NCBI GenBank assembly: GCA_963800515.1
Contig: CAWDBC010000006.1
Span: 2,087-66,086, forward strand
Source: an uncultured Thermoleophilia bacterium
Lineage (GTDB): Bacteria; Actinomycetota; Thermoleophilia; Gaiellales; F1-60-MAGs149
Direction of reading: 5' to 3'
DNA length: 64,000 bases
Shown: piece by piece, positions 53,204-61,707 of the stretch
Numbering within the stretch: the first letter of the stretch is position 1
How the letters are laid out: every line of letters begins with the position of its first letter
Position numbers and translations under genes: made by a program
The notes under the pieces: model-generated
The model's database searches: none
What the model was told of the DNA's origin: nothing
Seen by the model: only the letters and a program-made list of their open reading frames with translations

Positions 53204-54330
53204 TCATCGCGCCCGGCGGGCCGGTCCGGAGCGAGCGATCGCGCCGCGGATGGTCTCGGCCGTGGACCGCCAGGTGAAGCCGACGCCGCGTGCGTCCGGC
53301 CGGCGCCGATCAGGGCCTCCCGCGCTCCCGGGTCGACGACGGCGGTCCGGAGCGCCGCAGCGAAGGCCGCGGTGTCGGCGGGCTCGACCCTGAGCGCCGC
53401 GGGGCCGCAGGCCTCGTCGAGGCTTCGATCGGCACCCGCGACGACGGGCACCCCACACGCCTGCGCCTCGACGATCGGCATCCCGAAGCCCTCGAAGACG
53501 CTCGGGCAGGCGAACGCCCGCGCCGCCGCGAGCACGCCGGGCACGTCGTCGTCCGGCAGGAACCCCGTCTCGAGGACGTCCTGCCCGAGCGCGAGCGCGG
53601 CGATCCGCCCGGCCACCTCGGGGTCGCCCGGGCCGGCCGCTCCGATCAGGACGAGGGCGAGCTCAGGAAGCTCGCGGCGCACCGCCGCGAACGCGTCGAT
53701 CAGCGACGGCAGGTTCTTCCGCGGCTCCCGGGTGGACAGGGCCGCGACGTAGGGGCGGCCGCCGAGGCCGGGAGGCGGCGCGGGCCGCGCCTCCCGGAAG
53801 CGCCCGTCCACGCCGGGGAGGGCGACGACGATCCGCTCGGCTCCGATCCCGAGGTGGGCCTGGACCGCGGCGGCGGTGGCGGCGGCGTTGCACACCACGA
53901 GATCGGCGCGCCGCGTGTCCCGGAGCTTGGCGAGGTGCATCCGACGCGTCCCGGCGGTGACCAGCTCCGGCCGGAGGAGCGGCACGAGGTCGTGGACGAC
54001 GGCGATCCGGAGGCCCGCTCGCTGCCGGGGGTAGAACCACTCGCTCGCCAGGAACGCGTCCGCCCGCCCGGCCAGGAGCTCGAGCAGCGGCACCGGGATC
54101 CGGTTGGCGGCGCGGCGGAGCCGCGGCAGCCGCCGCAGGCGCAGGCGGACCCCGGTCGGGTAGCCGAGATGGCGGGCCATGGCGAGGGTCTCGTCGCGCG
54201 TGCCGACGCCGATCGCGACCACCTCGTCCCCCGGCTCCAGGCCCGGCAGCTCGGCGACGACGCCGCGGATGTAGGCGCCGATCCCCGTGGGCGGCCGGGC
54301 GAGCGGCGAGATGTCGCAGACGAGCCGCAC
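53204..54330 (-). pseudogene. Family 4 glycosyltransferase, one frameshift near the 3' end
   Basis: [76 protein letters not shown].. (ORF 52963..54330). The family C-terminus [18 protein letters not shown] is in ORF 53204..53458. The switch is about 53288-53300. Confidence 0.8.
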
Positions 54331-54340
54331 GTCGCCGCCG

Positions 54341-55243
54341 CTACGCGGGCAGGGGCGCCGGAGGACGCGCCCCGAACCGGCTGACGCAGCGGCCGGCGAC
54401 CTCGGCGCCGCGCCCGAGCGCGGCGAGCGGCGACTCGCCGGCCGCGAGCGCGAGCAGGAAGCCCGCCGAGAACGCGTCGCCGGCGCCCGTCGTGTCGACC
54501 GCCTCGACGACGGGGGCCGAGGCGTGGACCGGCTCCTCGCCGTGCACCGCCGAGACGGCTCCGTCCGCCCCCAGCTTGACCACCGCGTGCCCGGAGAGGC
54601 GAGCGAGGTCGGCGGCGGCGCCGACGGGATCCGCGGTGTCGGCGAGGAGGCAGGCCTCGTCGGCGTTGGCGAAGACGAGCGAGGCGAGCTCCAGCCAGGC
54701 GCGCACCGTCTCGGGGCCGATGGACTCGATGGGGGCGGCGGAGTTCGCGTCGATCGACCGCGGCACCCCGGCCTCGCGCGCGCGCTCGAGGACGGACACG
54801 GCGGCGGGGCGCGATCCCGGGTGAAGGAGCGCGTAGCCGGAGACGTGGACGTGGGCCGCGTCCCGGATCCGCTCGTCGCCCACGTCGGACGCCCGCAAGC
54901 CGCCGGAGGCCCCGACGCTCGGGAACATCGTGCGCTCCCCGCCCGGGGTGACGATGACGCAGCACATGCCGGTCGGCTCGCTGGGGTCGACCGCGAACGC
55001 GCACTCCACGCCGAGCGCCTCGAGCTCGGCCCGCTGCAGCGCGGCCGGCTCGTCGTCGCCGACCCGCGAGACGAAGGTGACGGACCCGCCCGCGGCGGCG
55101 AGCCAGGCCGCCGTGTTGGCCGCGCTCCCGCCCCCGAGGAGGACGATCCGGGAGGGCGCGTCGGACCCGAAGGCCACCGGCGTGAAGCTCCGCACGAGGA
55201 CGTCGAGCAGCAGATCGCCGACGACGAGGAAGCCGCCGCTCAT
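54341..55243 (-). CDS. psuK: PfkB-family carbohydrate kinase, probably pseudouridine kinase
   Basis: ATG at 55243 overlaps the psuG stop (ATGA). ..[50 protein letters not shown].. The function is inferred from the coupling to psuG. Confidence 0.75.
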   Translation of the reverse strand: MSGGFLVVGDLLLDVLVRSFTPVAFGSDAPSRIVLLGGGSAANTAAWLAAAGGSVTFVSRVGDDEPAALQRAELEALGVECAFAVDPSEPTGMCCVIVTPGGERTMFPSVGASGGLRASDVGDERIRDAAHVHVSGYALLHPGSRPAAVSVLERAREAGVPRSIDANSAAPIESIGPETVRAWLELASLVFANADEACLLADTADPVGAAADLARLSGHAVVKLGADGAVSAVHGEEPVHASAPVVEAVDTTGAGDAFSAGFLLALAAGESPLAALGRGAEVAGRCVSRFGARPPAPLPA

Positions 55244-56169
55244 CCCGCGCGCAGCTCGGCGTCGGCGACGGCGATCCGGGCCGCGAGAGCGGCGTTCGCG
55301 AGGATGATCGCGATGTTCGCCTCCAGGCTCGCCCCACCCGTCTCGCGGTGGAAGTGCGCGAGCAGGTACGGCGTCGCCTCCTTGCCGGAGATCCCGTCCT
55401 CCTCCATCCGCGCGAGGCCGTCGGCGAGCACGCGGTCGTGCAGCTCCGCCTCGACCTGCGCCTCCTCGGCCACGGGCTGGGCGACGACGAGCGCCTGGTC
55501 GAGGCCGAGCGCCCGGCGCGCGGCCATCGCGCGCGCGATCTGCTCGGGCGACTCGAGCCGCCACGGCACCGTCTGCCCCGAGTCGGCGCGGTAGAACCCG
55601 GGGAAGGCGTCGGTGCGGTAGCCCACGAGGCCGATCGAGAGCGTCTCCATCCGCTCCAGGGTCGCGGCGACGTCGAGGATCGACTTCACGCCCGCGCAGA
55701 CGACGGTGACCGGCGTGCGCGAGAGCGTCGTCAGGTCCGCGGACTCGTCGAACGTCGTCGCCGCCCCACGGTGGACGCCGCCGAGCCCGCCCGTGGCGAA
55801 CAGTCGGATCCCCGCGAGCCGCGCGAGGTAGGCGGTGCTCGCGACGGTGGTCGCGCCGGCGGCGCCGACGGCGAGCGCGATCGGGAGGTCGCGGACGGAG
55901 ACCTTCTGGACGGCGGGATCGGTCGCGACGCGCTCCAGGTCCGCCTCCTCGAGGCCGATCAGCGCCTGCCCGTCCAGCACGGCGATCGTCGCCGGAACGG
56001 CGCCCTGCGCGCGCACGGCCGCCTCGACCTCCAGGGCGACCTCGAGGTTCCGCGGTCGCGGCAGGCCGTGGCTGATGATCGTGCTCTCGAGCGCCACGAC
56101 CGGACGCGAGGCCTCGATGGCCGTCCGCACCTCGTCGGAGGGGATCAGGTTGGACCAAGGGCTCGACAC
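55240..56169 (-). CDS. psuG: Pseudouridine-5'-phosphate glycosidase
   Basis: ..PVVALESTIISHGLPRPRNLE..ATIAVLDG..GLGGVHRGA..DESADLTTLSRTPVTVVCAGVKSILD..GKEATPYLL.. (canonical PsuG/IndA pattern). Confidence 0.92.
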   Translation of the reverse strand: MSSPWSNLIPSDEVRTAIEASRPVVALESTIISHGLPRPRNLEVALEVEAAVRAQGAVPATIAVLDGQALIGLEEADLERVATDPAVQKVSVRDLPIALAVGAAGATTVASTAYLARLAGIRLFATGGLGGVHRGAATTFDESADLTTLSRTPVTVVCAGVKSILDVAATLERMETLSIGLVGYRTDAFPGFYRADSGQTVPWRLESPEQIARAMAARRALGLDQALVVAQPVAEEAQVEAELHDRVLADGLARMEEDGISGKEATPYLLAHFHRETGGASLEANIAIILANAALAARIAVADAELRAG

Positions 56170-56182
56170 GAGGACAGACTAA

Positions 56183-56200
56183 TCGGCCGGTTCGGCCGGT
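56183..56200. repeat. 9-bp tandem duplication TCGGCCGGT x2 in the psuG / GT4 divergent spacer
   Basis: Read directly at 56183-56191 and 56192-56200. Each unit contains the palindrome CGGCCG. Confidence 0.9.
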
Positions 56201-56201
56201 C

Positions 56202-57254
56202 GTGTACGGTCACCTCGCCGTGAGGGTCGCGATCGACATGTCGCACGAGCGGTTCGGACGGGCCGGCGTCGCCCGGGCCGCCCGCCGGCTCGCCGAGGCC
56301 GTGGCGGAGAGGGCCGACGTCGATGTCGTCTACCTCGGCGCCGGAGCGGAGCGCGTTCGGGGATCGATCGGACGGCGGACCTCAGTGCTCGGCGGCGACC
56401 TGGTGCGCTCGCCGTTCCTGCTCCGCCCGATCGCGCGCCTGCGTCGGGCCGACGTCCTCCACGTGCCCGCCCACCGCGGGCCGCTGATCGGGTCGCGGCC
56501 CCCGCTGGTGATGACGCTGCACGACGTCGCCTTCCTCCGCGAGCCGGCGACGCTCTCGCGCTGGAACCGCGTCTACTCACGGGCCCTCGTGCCGCGCCTC
56601 GCGCGCGCCGCGGACCGCGTGATCTGCCCGTCGGCGGACACCGCATCCGACGCCCACTCCCTGCTCGCGGTGCCGACGAGCCGGCTGCGGGTGGTCCGCT
56701 GGGGCGTCGACCCGCTCCCGCCCGACGGGCCGCTGCCGCCCGGCCTGCCGGCCCGGTACGTGCTCGCGGTGGGCACGCCGGAGCCGCGCAAGAACCTGCG
56801 GCGGCTGGCGTCCGCCGTCTCGATGCTCCGCTCCCAGGGCGACCGCGAGCTCGCCCTCGTCCTCGCGGGCGGCGCCGGCTGGGGCGACGCGCTCCCCGCG
56901 GAGCCGTTCGTCCGCGCCCTCGGCCGGGTCAGCGACGAGACCCTGGGCGCGCTCTACCGGGAGGCGGCCGTCGTCGCCGTCCCGAGCCTCCACGAGGGCT
57001 TCGGCATGGTCGCTCTCGAGGCGATGAGCGCCGGCGCGCCCGTGGTCGCCTCGACGGCGGGCGCGCTGCCGGAGATCTGCGGCGACGCGGCCGTCCTCGT
57101 CGACCCGGGCGATCCGTTCGCGATCGCCGAGGGCATCCTGGAGGCGGACGAGCGCAGGACGGAGCTCGCCGCGGCCGGCCGGCGGCGCGCGGTCGCGTTC
57201 ACCTGGAAGCAGGCCGCCGCCGAGACGGCGGCCGTCTACCGCGAGCTGGCCTGA
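56202..57254 (+). CDS. Family 4 glycosyltransferase
   Basis: ..VLHVPAHRGP..VMTLHDVAF..LAVGTPEPRKN..LVLAGGAG..VAVPSLHEGFGMVALEAMSAGAPVVAS.. The start may be GTG 56223 (VRVAIDMS..). Confidence 0.85.
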   Translation: MYGHLAVRVAIDMSHERFGRAGVARAARRLAEAVAERADVDVVYLGAGAERVRGSIGRRTSVLGGDLVRSPFLLRPIARLRRADVLHVPAHRGPLIGSRPPLVMTLHDVAFLREPATLSRWNRVYSRALVPRLARAADRVICPSADTASDAHSLLAVPTSRLRVVRWGVDPLPPDGPLPPGLPARYVLAVGTPEPRKNLRRLASAVSMLRSQGDRELALVLAGGAGWGDALPAEPFVRALGRVSDETLGALYREAAVVAVPSLHEGFGMVALEAMSAGAPVVASTAGALPEICGDAAVLVDPGDPFAIAEGILEADERRTELAAAGRRRAVAFTWKQAAAETAAVYRELA

Positions 57255-59224
57255 GCCGCGCGGGCGGCGGCGGGCACGAGCCCGGCGAGCGACAGCGGGT
57301 GCTTGCGGACGAAGCGCAGCATGTTCTTCGCGTGGTAGTAGGTCCGCGGGTGCCAGAAGACGGCGTCCGTGACGGCCTGGTGCTCGTGCCGGACCCGGGC
57401 GTCCGGCGTCTGCCACACCTCCCACCCCGCCTGCCACATCCGCCACTGGAGATCGATCTCCTCGACGTACACGCGCTCGAAGCCCTCGTCCTGGCCGCCG
57501 ATCTCGTCCCAGGCCGACCGCCGGACCAGCAGGAAGGCGCTCATCGCCCAGTCGATCGTGCGGGGGACCGTGGGCGCGTCGAGGTAGTGCCGGGCGGCGT
57601 ACCGCTCCGGCCGGAGGACGGAGCGGAGCGGCGTCCGCCGGAGGAGCGTCCCCAGCGGCTCCGGGAACCGGCGCGCCGACGCCTGGGGCGTCCCGTCCGG
57701 ATGGACGAGGAGCGGCGCGACGACCCCGCAGCGCGGATGCTCGGCCATCACGTCGAGCATCGCCTGAAGCGCTCCGGGCTCGGCGACGATGTCCGGGTTC
57801 GAGAGGAGCCCGAACGCGCTCGGCCACTGCGCGAGTCCCGTGTTCTGGTTCTCGGCGACGCCGCGGACGGCCGGCTGCTCGTAGGCGACGACCCCCGCGT
57901 AGCGGTCGCGCACGAGCTCGGCCGAGCCGTCCCCCGGCCGGTTGCAGACGACGACGATGCGGAGCGCGTCGCCGAGGTTCTGTTCCCGGAGCGAGTCGAG
58001 CGCGGCCGGCAGGTCCGCCGCCTGCCCCGTCGAGGTGACGGCGGCGGTGACCAGCGCGGGCTCCGCCCGCACCACCAGGCCGCGCGGGGACCGGCGGACT
58101 CCCCGCTGGTCGGCCAGCACGTCGAGCCAGAGCGCAGCGTGCCCCTCGGCCGTCGCCCGCCAGGTCATCGCCGCGGCGCGGGCGAGACCCCGGGCGCGCA
58201 GCGCGGCGGCCGTCTCGGGCGAGCGGAGGACGCGGAGGATGCCCTCGGCGATCGCGCCGGGCGAGAGCGGATCGACGAGCAGCGCGGCGCCGCCCGCCGT
58301 CTCCGGGATCGCCGTCGTGGCCGAGGCGACGACGGGGGTGCCGCAGGCCATCGCCTCGAGCACGGGCAGCGCGAACCCCTCGTAGAGGGAGGGGAAGACG
58401 AGGACCTGGGCGGCGGAGTAGAGCGCGGGCAGGAGCCCGCTCGGGACGTGGCCTGTCGTCCGCACCCGATGGGGGATCCCCAGGCGCTCCAGGTGCCCGG
58501 CGAGGTCGACGTCCTGCTTCGCCGCACCGGCCACGACGAGCGTCTCCGCCCGCTCGGGGTCGGCGACGACCCGGGCCCAGGCCTCGAGCAGGCGGGGCAG
58601 GTTCTTCCGTGGCTGGAGCGCGCCGAGGAAGAGCGCGTACGGGCCGTCGACGCCGAGCTCGCGGCGGACGAGCTCGGCGGCGCCGTCCACCGGGTGAAAG
58701 CGACCTGTCGAGACGCCGTTCGGGATCGCGACGACGCGGGCGGGTTCGAGCTCCGGGAGGAGCTCCAGGAGGTCCCGCCGCGCATCCTCGGAGACCGTGA
58801 CCACCCGGGCGGCGCGGCGGGCCGACCAGGGGACGAAGCGACCGAACGCGAGCCGGTCGGCCAGCGGCATCAGGTCGCCGCGCCGGAGCGACGAGCCGTC
58901 GTGAATCGTCACGACGCCGGGACACGGGAGCCCGGGCGGCAGCAGGTAGGTGCCGTGGAAGAGGCCGGGGCGATCCGCGCGCAGGCGGGCGGGCACCGCG
59001 ACCGCTCCGCGCAGGTAGTTCGAGGCGACCGGCACCTCGACCGGGAAGACGACGCCCTTCGCCGTCGCCGCGTCCGGAAGCGCCGCGGCATCCCGGACGT
59101 AGGCGGCGACCCGCAGCGGCGGCTCGAGCGAGCCCAGGGCGGAGAGGAGCTCCGCGGCGTAGGTCTCGTCCCCGGTGCGCCCACGCCCGAGCACGTCGGC
59201 GTCGAAGGCGATCACCGGGGGCAC
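57236..59224 (-). CDS. Bifunctional GT4 - GT2 fusion glycosyltransferase
   Basis: 662-aa uninterrupted ORF. Residues 1 to about 370 are GT4 (..VTIHDGSSL..FLGALQPRKN..VFPSLYEGFALPVLEAMACGTPVVAS..). From about residue 385 it is GT2 (..ALVTAAVTSTGQAADLPAALDSL..IVVVCNRPGDGS..GLLSNPDIV..IDWAMSAFLLVRRSAWDEIGGQDEGFERVYVEEIDLQWR..). Confidence 0.85.
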   Translation of the reverse strand: MPPVIAFDADVLGRGRTGDETYAAELLSALGSLEPPLRVAAYVRDAAALPDAATAKGVVFPVEVPVASNYLRGAVAVPARLRADRPGLFHGTYLLPPGLPCPGVVTIHDGSSLRRGDLMPLADRLAFGRFVPWSARRAARVVTVSEDARRDLLELLPELEPARVVAIPNGVSTGRFHPVDGAAELVRRELGVDGPYALFLGALQPRKNLPRLLEAWARVVADPERAETLVVAGAAKQDVDLAGHLERLGIPHRVRTTGHVPSGLLPALYSAAQVLVFPSLYEGFALPVLEAMACGTPVVASATTAIPETAGGAALLVDPLSPGAIAEGILRVLRSPETAAALRARGLARAAAMTWRATAEGHAALWLDVLADQRGVRRSPRGLVVRAEPALVTAAVTSTGQAADLPAALDSLREQNLGDALRIVVVCNRPGDGSAELVRDRYAGVVAYEQPAVRGVAENQNTGLAQWPSAFGLLSNPDIVAEPGALQAMLDVMAEHPRCGVVAPLLVHPDGTPQASARRFPEPLGTLLRRTPLRSVLRPERYAARHYLDAPTVPRTIDWAMSAFLLVRRSAWDEIGGQDEGFERVYVEEIDLQWRMWQAGWEVWQTPDARVRHEHQAVTDAVFWHPRTYYHAKNMLRFVRKHPLSLAGLVPAAARAAQASSR

Positions 59225-59302
59225 CGGGGCAGGCTAACCGGTCGGCTCGAAGGGGCCGGCGCGCGGCCCGGGCGCCGCGCCGGTTCGCGGTAGCTTTCCC
59301 GC

Positions 59303-59611
59303 ATGGCCGAATACCAGGTGACCTTCTGGCGCGACCTCCCCTCGATGGTCGCCGCCCGTGACGGCTCGGGCCAGTCGAAAGTGCCGTTGCCCCCGCGGTT
59401 CATGGAGGCGATCGACGAGGCCGCGATGCGCCTGGGCGAGACCTCGAGCGAGGACTACCTCGCCGGCTGGCGCCGCGGCGAGTGGACCGAGTCCCGGGGT
59501 GCGCCGGGGGAGGTCGCCGCGCGGGTGGCGGCGGACCTGGACGACGAGTGGCCGGAGGAGAGGCTGGCCGGCTACCTCGACGACATCGGGCCGACCGGGG
59601 GCGACGGGTAG
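59303..59611 (+). CDS. Small acidic conserved hypothetical protein (virulence-factor-domain-like)
   Basis: 102-aa ORF with high GC3. MAEYQVTFWRDLPSMVAARDG..VPLPPRFMEAIDEAAMRLG..DYLAGWRRGEW.. resembles the small actinobacterial family annotated as virulence factor domain. That family assignment is from memory only. Confidence 0.6.
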   Translation: MAEYQVTFWRDLPSMVAARDGSGQSKVPLPPRFMEAIDEAAMRLGETSSEDYLAGWRRGEWTESRGAPGEVAARVAADLDDEWPEERLAGYLDDIGPTGGDG

Positions 59612-59690
59612 AGCCCGCCCCGGACGCAGCGAGGACGTCCGCCGGCACGTCGAGGGGCGCTTCAGCGGCCGGGGCCTCCGGGACGTCCGC

Positions 59691-60119
59691 TCAGCGGGCG
59701 CAGGCGGGGCAGACGCCGTCGACGACGATCGCGAGGTGGTCCGGCGCGTAGCCGGCCCGGCGAGCGGCGGCGAGCACCGCTCCGCCGTCGATCGTCACGT
59801 CGAGGTCGGCGACGGCGCCGCAGACGCGGCACACCGCGTGGTGGTGGTCGTCCGTCCGCGAGTCGAAGATCGCCGGACCGCCCGCGATGTCCAGCTTGCG
59901 GACGAGGCCGAGCTCCTCGAACAGCTCGAGCGTGGCGTAGACGGTCGGGAGCGACGTGCCGGGGAGCGTGGACGAGACGGCGTCCCGCACCTGCTCGGCC
60001 GTCACGTGGACCTGGCGCTCGCGCAGCAGCCGCCCGATCACGAGGCGCTGCGGGGTGACCCGCTGACCCCGCGCGCGGAGCGTCAGCGAGAGCTCGGCGT
60101 CCAGGGCGGCCATCGTCAT
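59691..60119 (-). CDS. Fur-family metalloregulator
   Basis: ATG at 60119. ..RGQRVTPQRLVIGRLL..HVTAEQV..LPTVYATLELFEELGLV..DDHHHAVCRVCG..VVDGVCPAC (winged helix plus HHH and CxxC..CxxC metal sites). This is the tail of ORF 59691..60518. Confidence 0.88.
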   Translation of the reverse strand: MTMAALDAELSLTLRARGQRVTPQRLVIGRLLRERQVHVTAEQVRDAVSSTLPGTSLPTVYATLELFEELGLVRKLDIAGGPAIFDSRTDDHHHAVCRVCGAVADLDVTIDGGAVLAAARRAGYAPDHLAIVVDGVCPACAR

Positions 60120-60140
60120 GCACCGGAAAGCGTAACAGAA

Positions 60141-60156
60141 TGTAGGCCGTCCTACT
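60141..60156. promoter_or_regulatory. Candidate operator: inverted repeat GTAGG-CCGT-CCTAC in the AT-richest spacer of the window
   Basis: TGTAGGCCGTCCTACT at 60141-60156 lies between the divergent Fur-family and VIT1 genes, just upstream of a TATAAC -10-like box. Confidence 0.4.
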
Positions 60157-60170
60157 TTTAAAGGGTTTGC

Positions 60171-60176
60171 TATAAC
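60171..60176 (+). promoter_or_regulatory. -10-like hexamer TATAAC placed for a leaderless VIT1 transcript
   Basis: TATAAC at 60171-60176. The GTG start at 60183 lies 6 nt after the hexamer. Confidence 0.35.
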
Positions 60177-60182
60177 TCGGCG

Positions 60183-60680
60183 GTGGCCAGCTTCGACATG
60201 GCATCGCTGCGAAGCGACCGCAAGGCGTTCGTCCTGCGCGTCGTCCAGCCCGCGCTCGTGGGGCTCATCGACGGCACCGTCTCCACGCTCGCGCCGATCT
60301 TCGCCACCGCGCTCCTCGCCGGCTCCCACGCCGCCCTGCTCGTCGGCCTCGCGACGGCGATCGGGGCGGGCATCTCGATGGGCCTCTCCGAGGGCCTCTC
60401 CGACGACGGCCAGGTCTCCGGCCGCGGACGGGGCCTGCACCGCGGGATGATCACCGGCGTCGCGACGACCCTCGGCGGCGCGTTCCACACGCTGCCCTTC
60501 ATCATCACGAACGTCCACGTGGCCCTCGGGGTGGCGTTCGTCGTCGTCGCCTTCGAGCTCGTCGCGATCGCGATCGTCCGCAAGCGCTTCCTCGCCGTCT
60601 CGCTCCGCCAGTCCCTGATCCAGGTCACCCTCGGCGGCGTCATCGTCGTCGCCGTCGGGCTGGCGATCGGGAGCGCCTGA
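60183..60680 (+). CDS. VIT1/CCC1-family iron/manganese transporter
   Basis: ..VVQPALVGLIDGTVSTLAPIFA..AIGAGISMGLSEGLSDDG..GVATTLGGAFHTLPF.., with hydrophobic helices throughout. The alternative start is ATG 60198. Confidence 0.8.
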   Translation: MASFDMASLRSDRKAFVLRVVQPALVGLIDGTVSTLAPIFATALLAGSHAALLVGLATAIGAGISMGLSEGLSDDGQVSGRGRGLHRGMITGVATTLGGAFHTLPFIITNVHVALGVAFVVVAFELVAIAIVRKRFLAVSLRQSLIQVTLGGVIVVAVGLAIGSA

Positions 60681-60705
60681 GCCCAGGCGGGCGCGGGGCG
60701 CGGAC

Positions 60706-60732
60706 CGCCCGGTGCGACGGCCGCACCGGGCG
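60706..60732. terminator. 11-bp-stem hairpin between convergent genes
   Basis: CGCCCGGTGCG-ACGGC-CGCACCGGGCG, between the stops at 60680 (+) and 60744 (-). Confidence 0.6.
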
Positions 60733-60743
60733 CGGCGCGACCG

Positions 60744-61592
60744 TCAGGCGGTCTTCTCGATCGGCACGTCCACGAGGTTGCCCCACTCGGTCCAGGAGCC
60801 GTCGTAGTTGCGCACCCGCTGGAAGCCGAGCAGCTCGCGCAGGACGAACCACGTGTGCGACGACCGCTCGCCGATCCGGCAGTAGGCCGTGGTCGGCTTG
60901 GCGTCGTCGACGCCCTGGGCGGCGTACAGCGCGCGCAGCTCCTCGGCCGAGCGGAACGTCCCGTCGTCGTTGACGGCCTTGGCCCAGGGGATCGACTTGG
61001 CGGTCGGGATGTGGCCGCCGCGCTGGGCGCCCTCCTGCTCGTAGCCGGGCATCGCGATCAGCTCGCCGGAGTACTCCTGCGGGCTGCGGACGTCGACGAG
61101 GTGGTCCGAGCCGGAATCCAGGATGTCGAGGATGTCCTGGCGGCGGGCGCGGAGGGACTCGTCCTTCTCCTGCGCCGTGTAGGACACGGCGGCCGGCGCC
61201 GGGACGTCCGTGACGAGCTCGCGTCCCTCGTCGATCCACTTCTGGCGCCCGCCGTCGATCAGGCGCACGTCGTCGTGGCCGTAGAGCTTCAGGTACCAGT
61301 ACGCGTAGGCCGCGAACCAGTTGTTCTTGTCCCCGTAGAGGAGGACCGTCGTGTCGTTGCCGATCCCGAGGCCGCCGAGGAGCTTCTCGAAGTCCTCCTT
61401 GCCGATCACGTCCCGGACGACCTGCTGCTGCAGATCCTGCTTCCAGTGCAGGCGCACGGCGCCGCGGATGTGGCCCTCGTCGTACAGCGCCGGGTTCTCG
61501 TCGACCTCGGCGATCACCACGCCGTCGTCGTCGAGGTGGTCCTGCGCCCAATCGGTGGTGACGAGCACCTCCGGCTTCGCGTACGTCGTCAT
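60744..61592 (-). CDS. Thiosulfate/3-mercaptopyruvate sulfurtransferase (tandem rhodanese)
   Basis: ATG 61592 with an AGAGGA RBS. MTTYAKPEVLVTTDWAQDHL..EGHIRGAVRL..GHIPTAKSIPW..AYCRIGERSSHTWFVL (active-site CRxGxR[ST] loop)..NYDGSWTEWG.. The longer ORF start at 61664 is rejected. Confidence 0.9.
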   Translation of the reverse strand: MTTYAKPEVLVTTDWAQDHLDDDGVVIAEVDENPALYDEGHIRGAVRLHWKQDLQQQVVRDVIGKEDFEKLLGGLGIGNDTTVLLYGDKNNWFAAYAYWYLKLYGHDDVRLIDGGRQKWIDEGRELVTDVPAPAAVSYTAQEKDESLRARRQDILDILDSGSDHLVDVRSPQEYSGELIAMPGYEQEGAQRGGHIPTAKSIPWAKAVNDDGTFRSAEELRALYAAQGVDDAKPTTAYCRIGERSSHTWFVLRELLGFQRVRNYDGSWTEWGNLVDVPIEKTA

Positions 61593-61662
61593 CGCGTATC
61601 CTCTGCCATCGCGGGTATCGGGTCGGCCGCCGTCGTCGGAGGCCGGGCCATTCGAGGCTACC

Positions 61663-61668
61663 ATATTA
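61663..61668 (-). promoter_or_regulatory. -10-like hexamer TAATAT (minus strand) upstream of the rhodanese gene
   Basis: The minus strand reads ..GCGCCTAATATGGTAGCC... It lies about 70 nt upstream of ATG 61592, directly downstream of the 21-bp palindrome. Confidence 0.3.
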
Positions 61669-61670
61669 GG

Positions 61671-61691
61671 CGCAAATGCCTGGCATTTGCG
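61671..61691. promoter_or_regulatory. Perfect 21-bp palindrome CGCAAATGCC-T-GGCATTTGCG (operator or tight hairpin)
   Basis: Read directly. It is a 10-bp inverted repeat with a 1-nt spacer, relatively AT-rich. It sits between the LysR stop (61708) and the putative rhodanese promoter. Confidence 0.5.
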
Positions 61692-61707
61692 GGACTCATG
61701 TCTTCGG

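Noticed and set aside
48573-54330. Programmed ribosomal frameshifting or recoding as the explanation for the split genes
   Set aside because: The disruptions affect 13 unrelated gene families, go in both directions, lack slippery heptamers or downstream structures, and include an 8-bp duplication. Mutation or consensus error is far more parsimonious.
61593-61664. A longer rhodanese start at 61664 (MVASNGPASDDGGRPDTRDGRGYA..)
   Set aside because: The extension is low-complexity, and the family N-terminus begins at MTTYAKPEV. ATG 61592 has an AGAGGA RBS, and the extension would run over the putative -10 box.
61680-61692. A sigma-54 promoter (TGGCAT..TTGC) overlapping the palindrome
   Set aside because: The GG and GC elements are only 5 nt apart instead of the required ~10 nt spacing. 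The match is a by-product of the palindrome.
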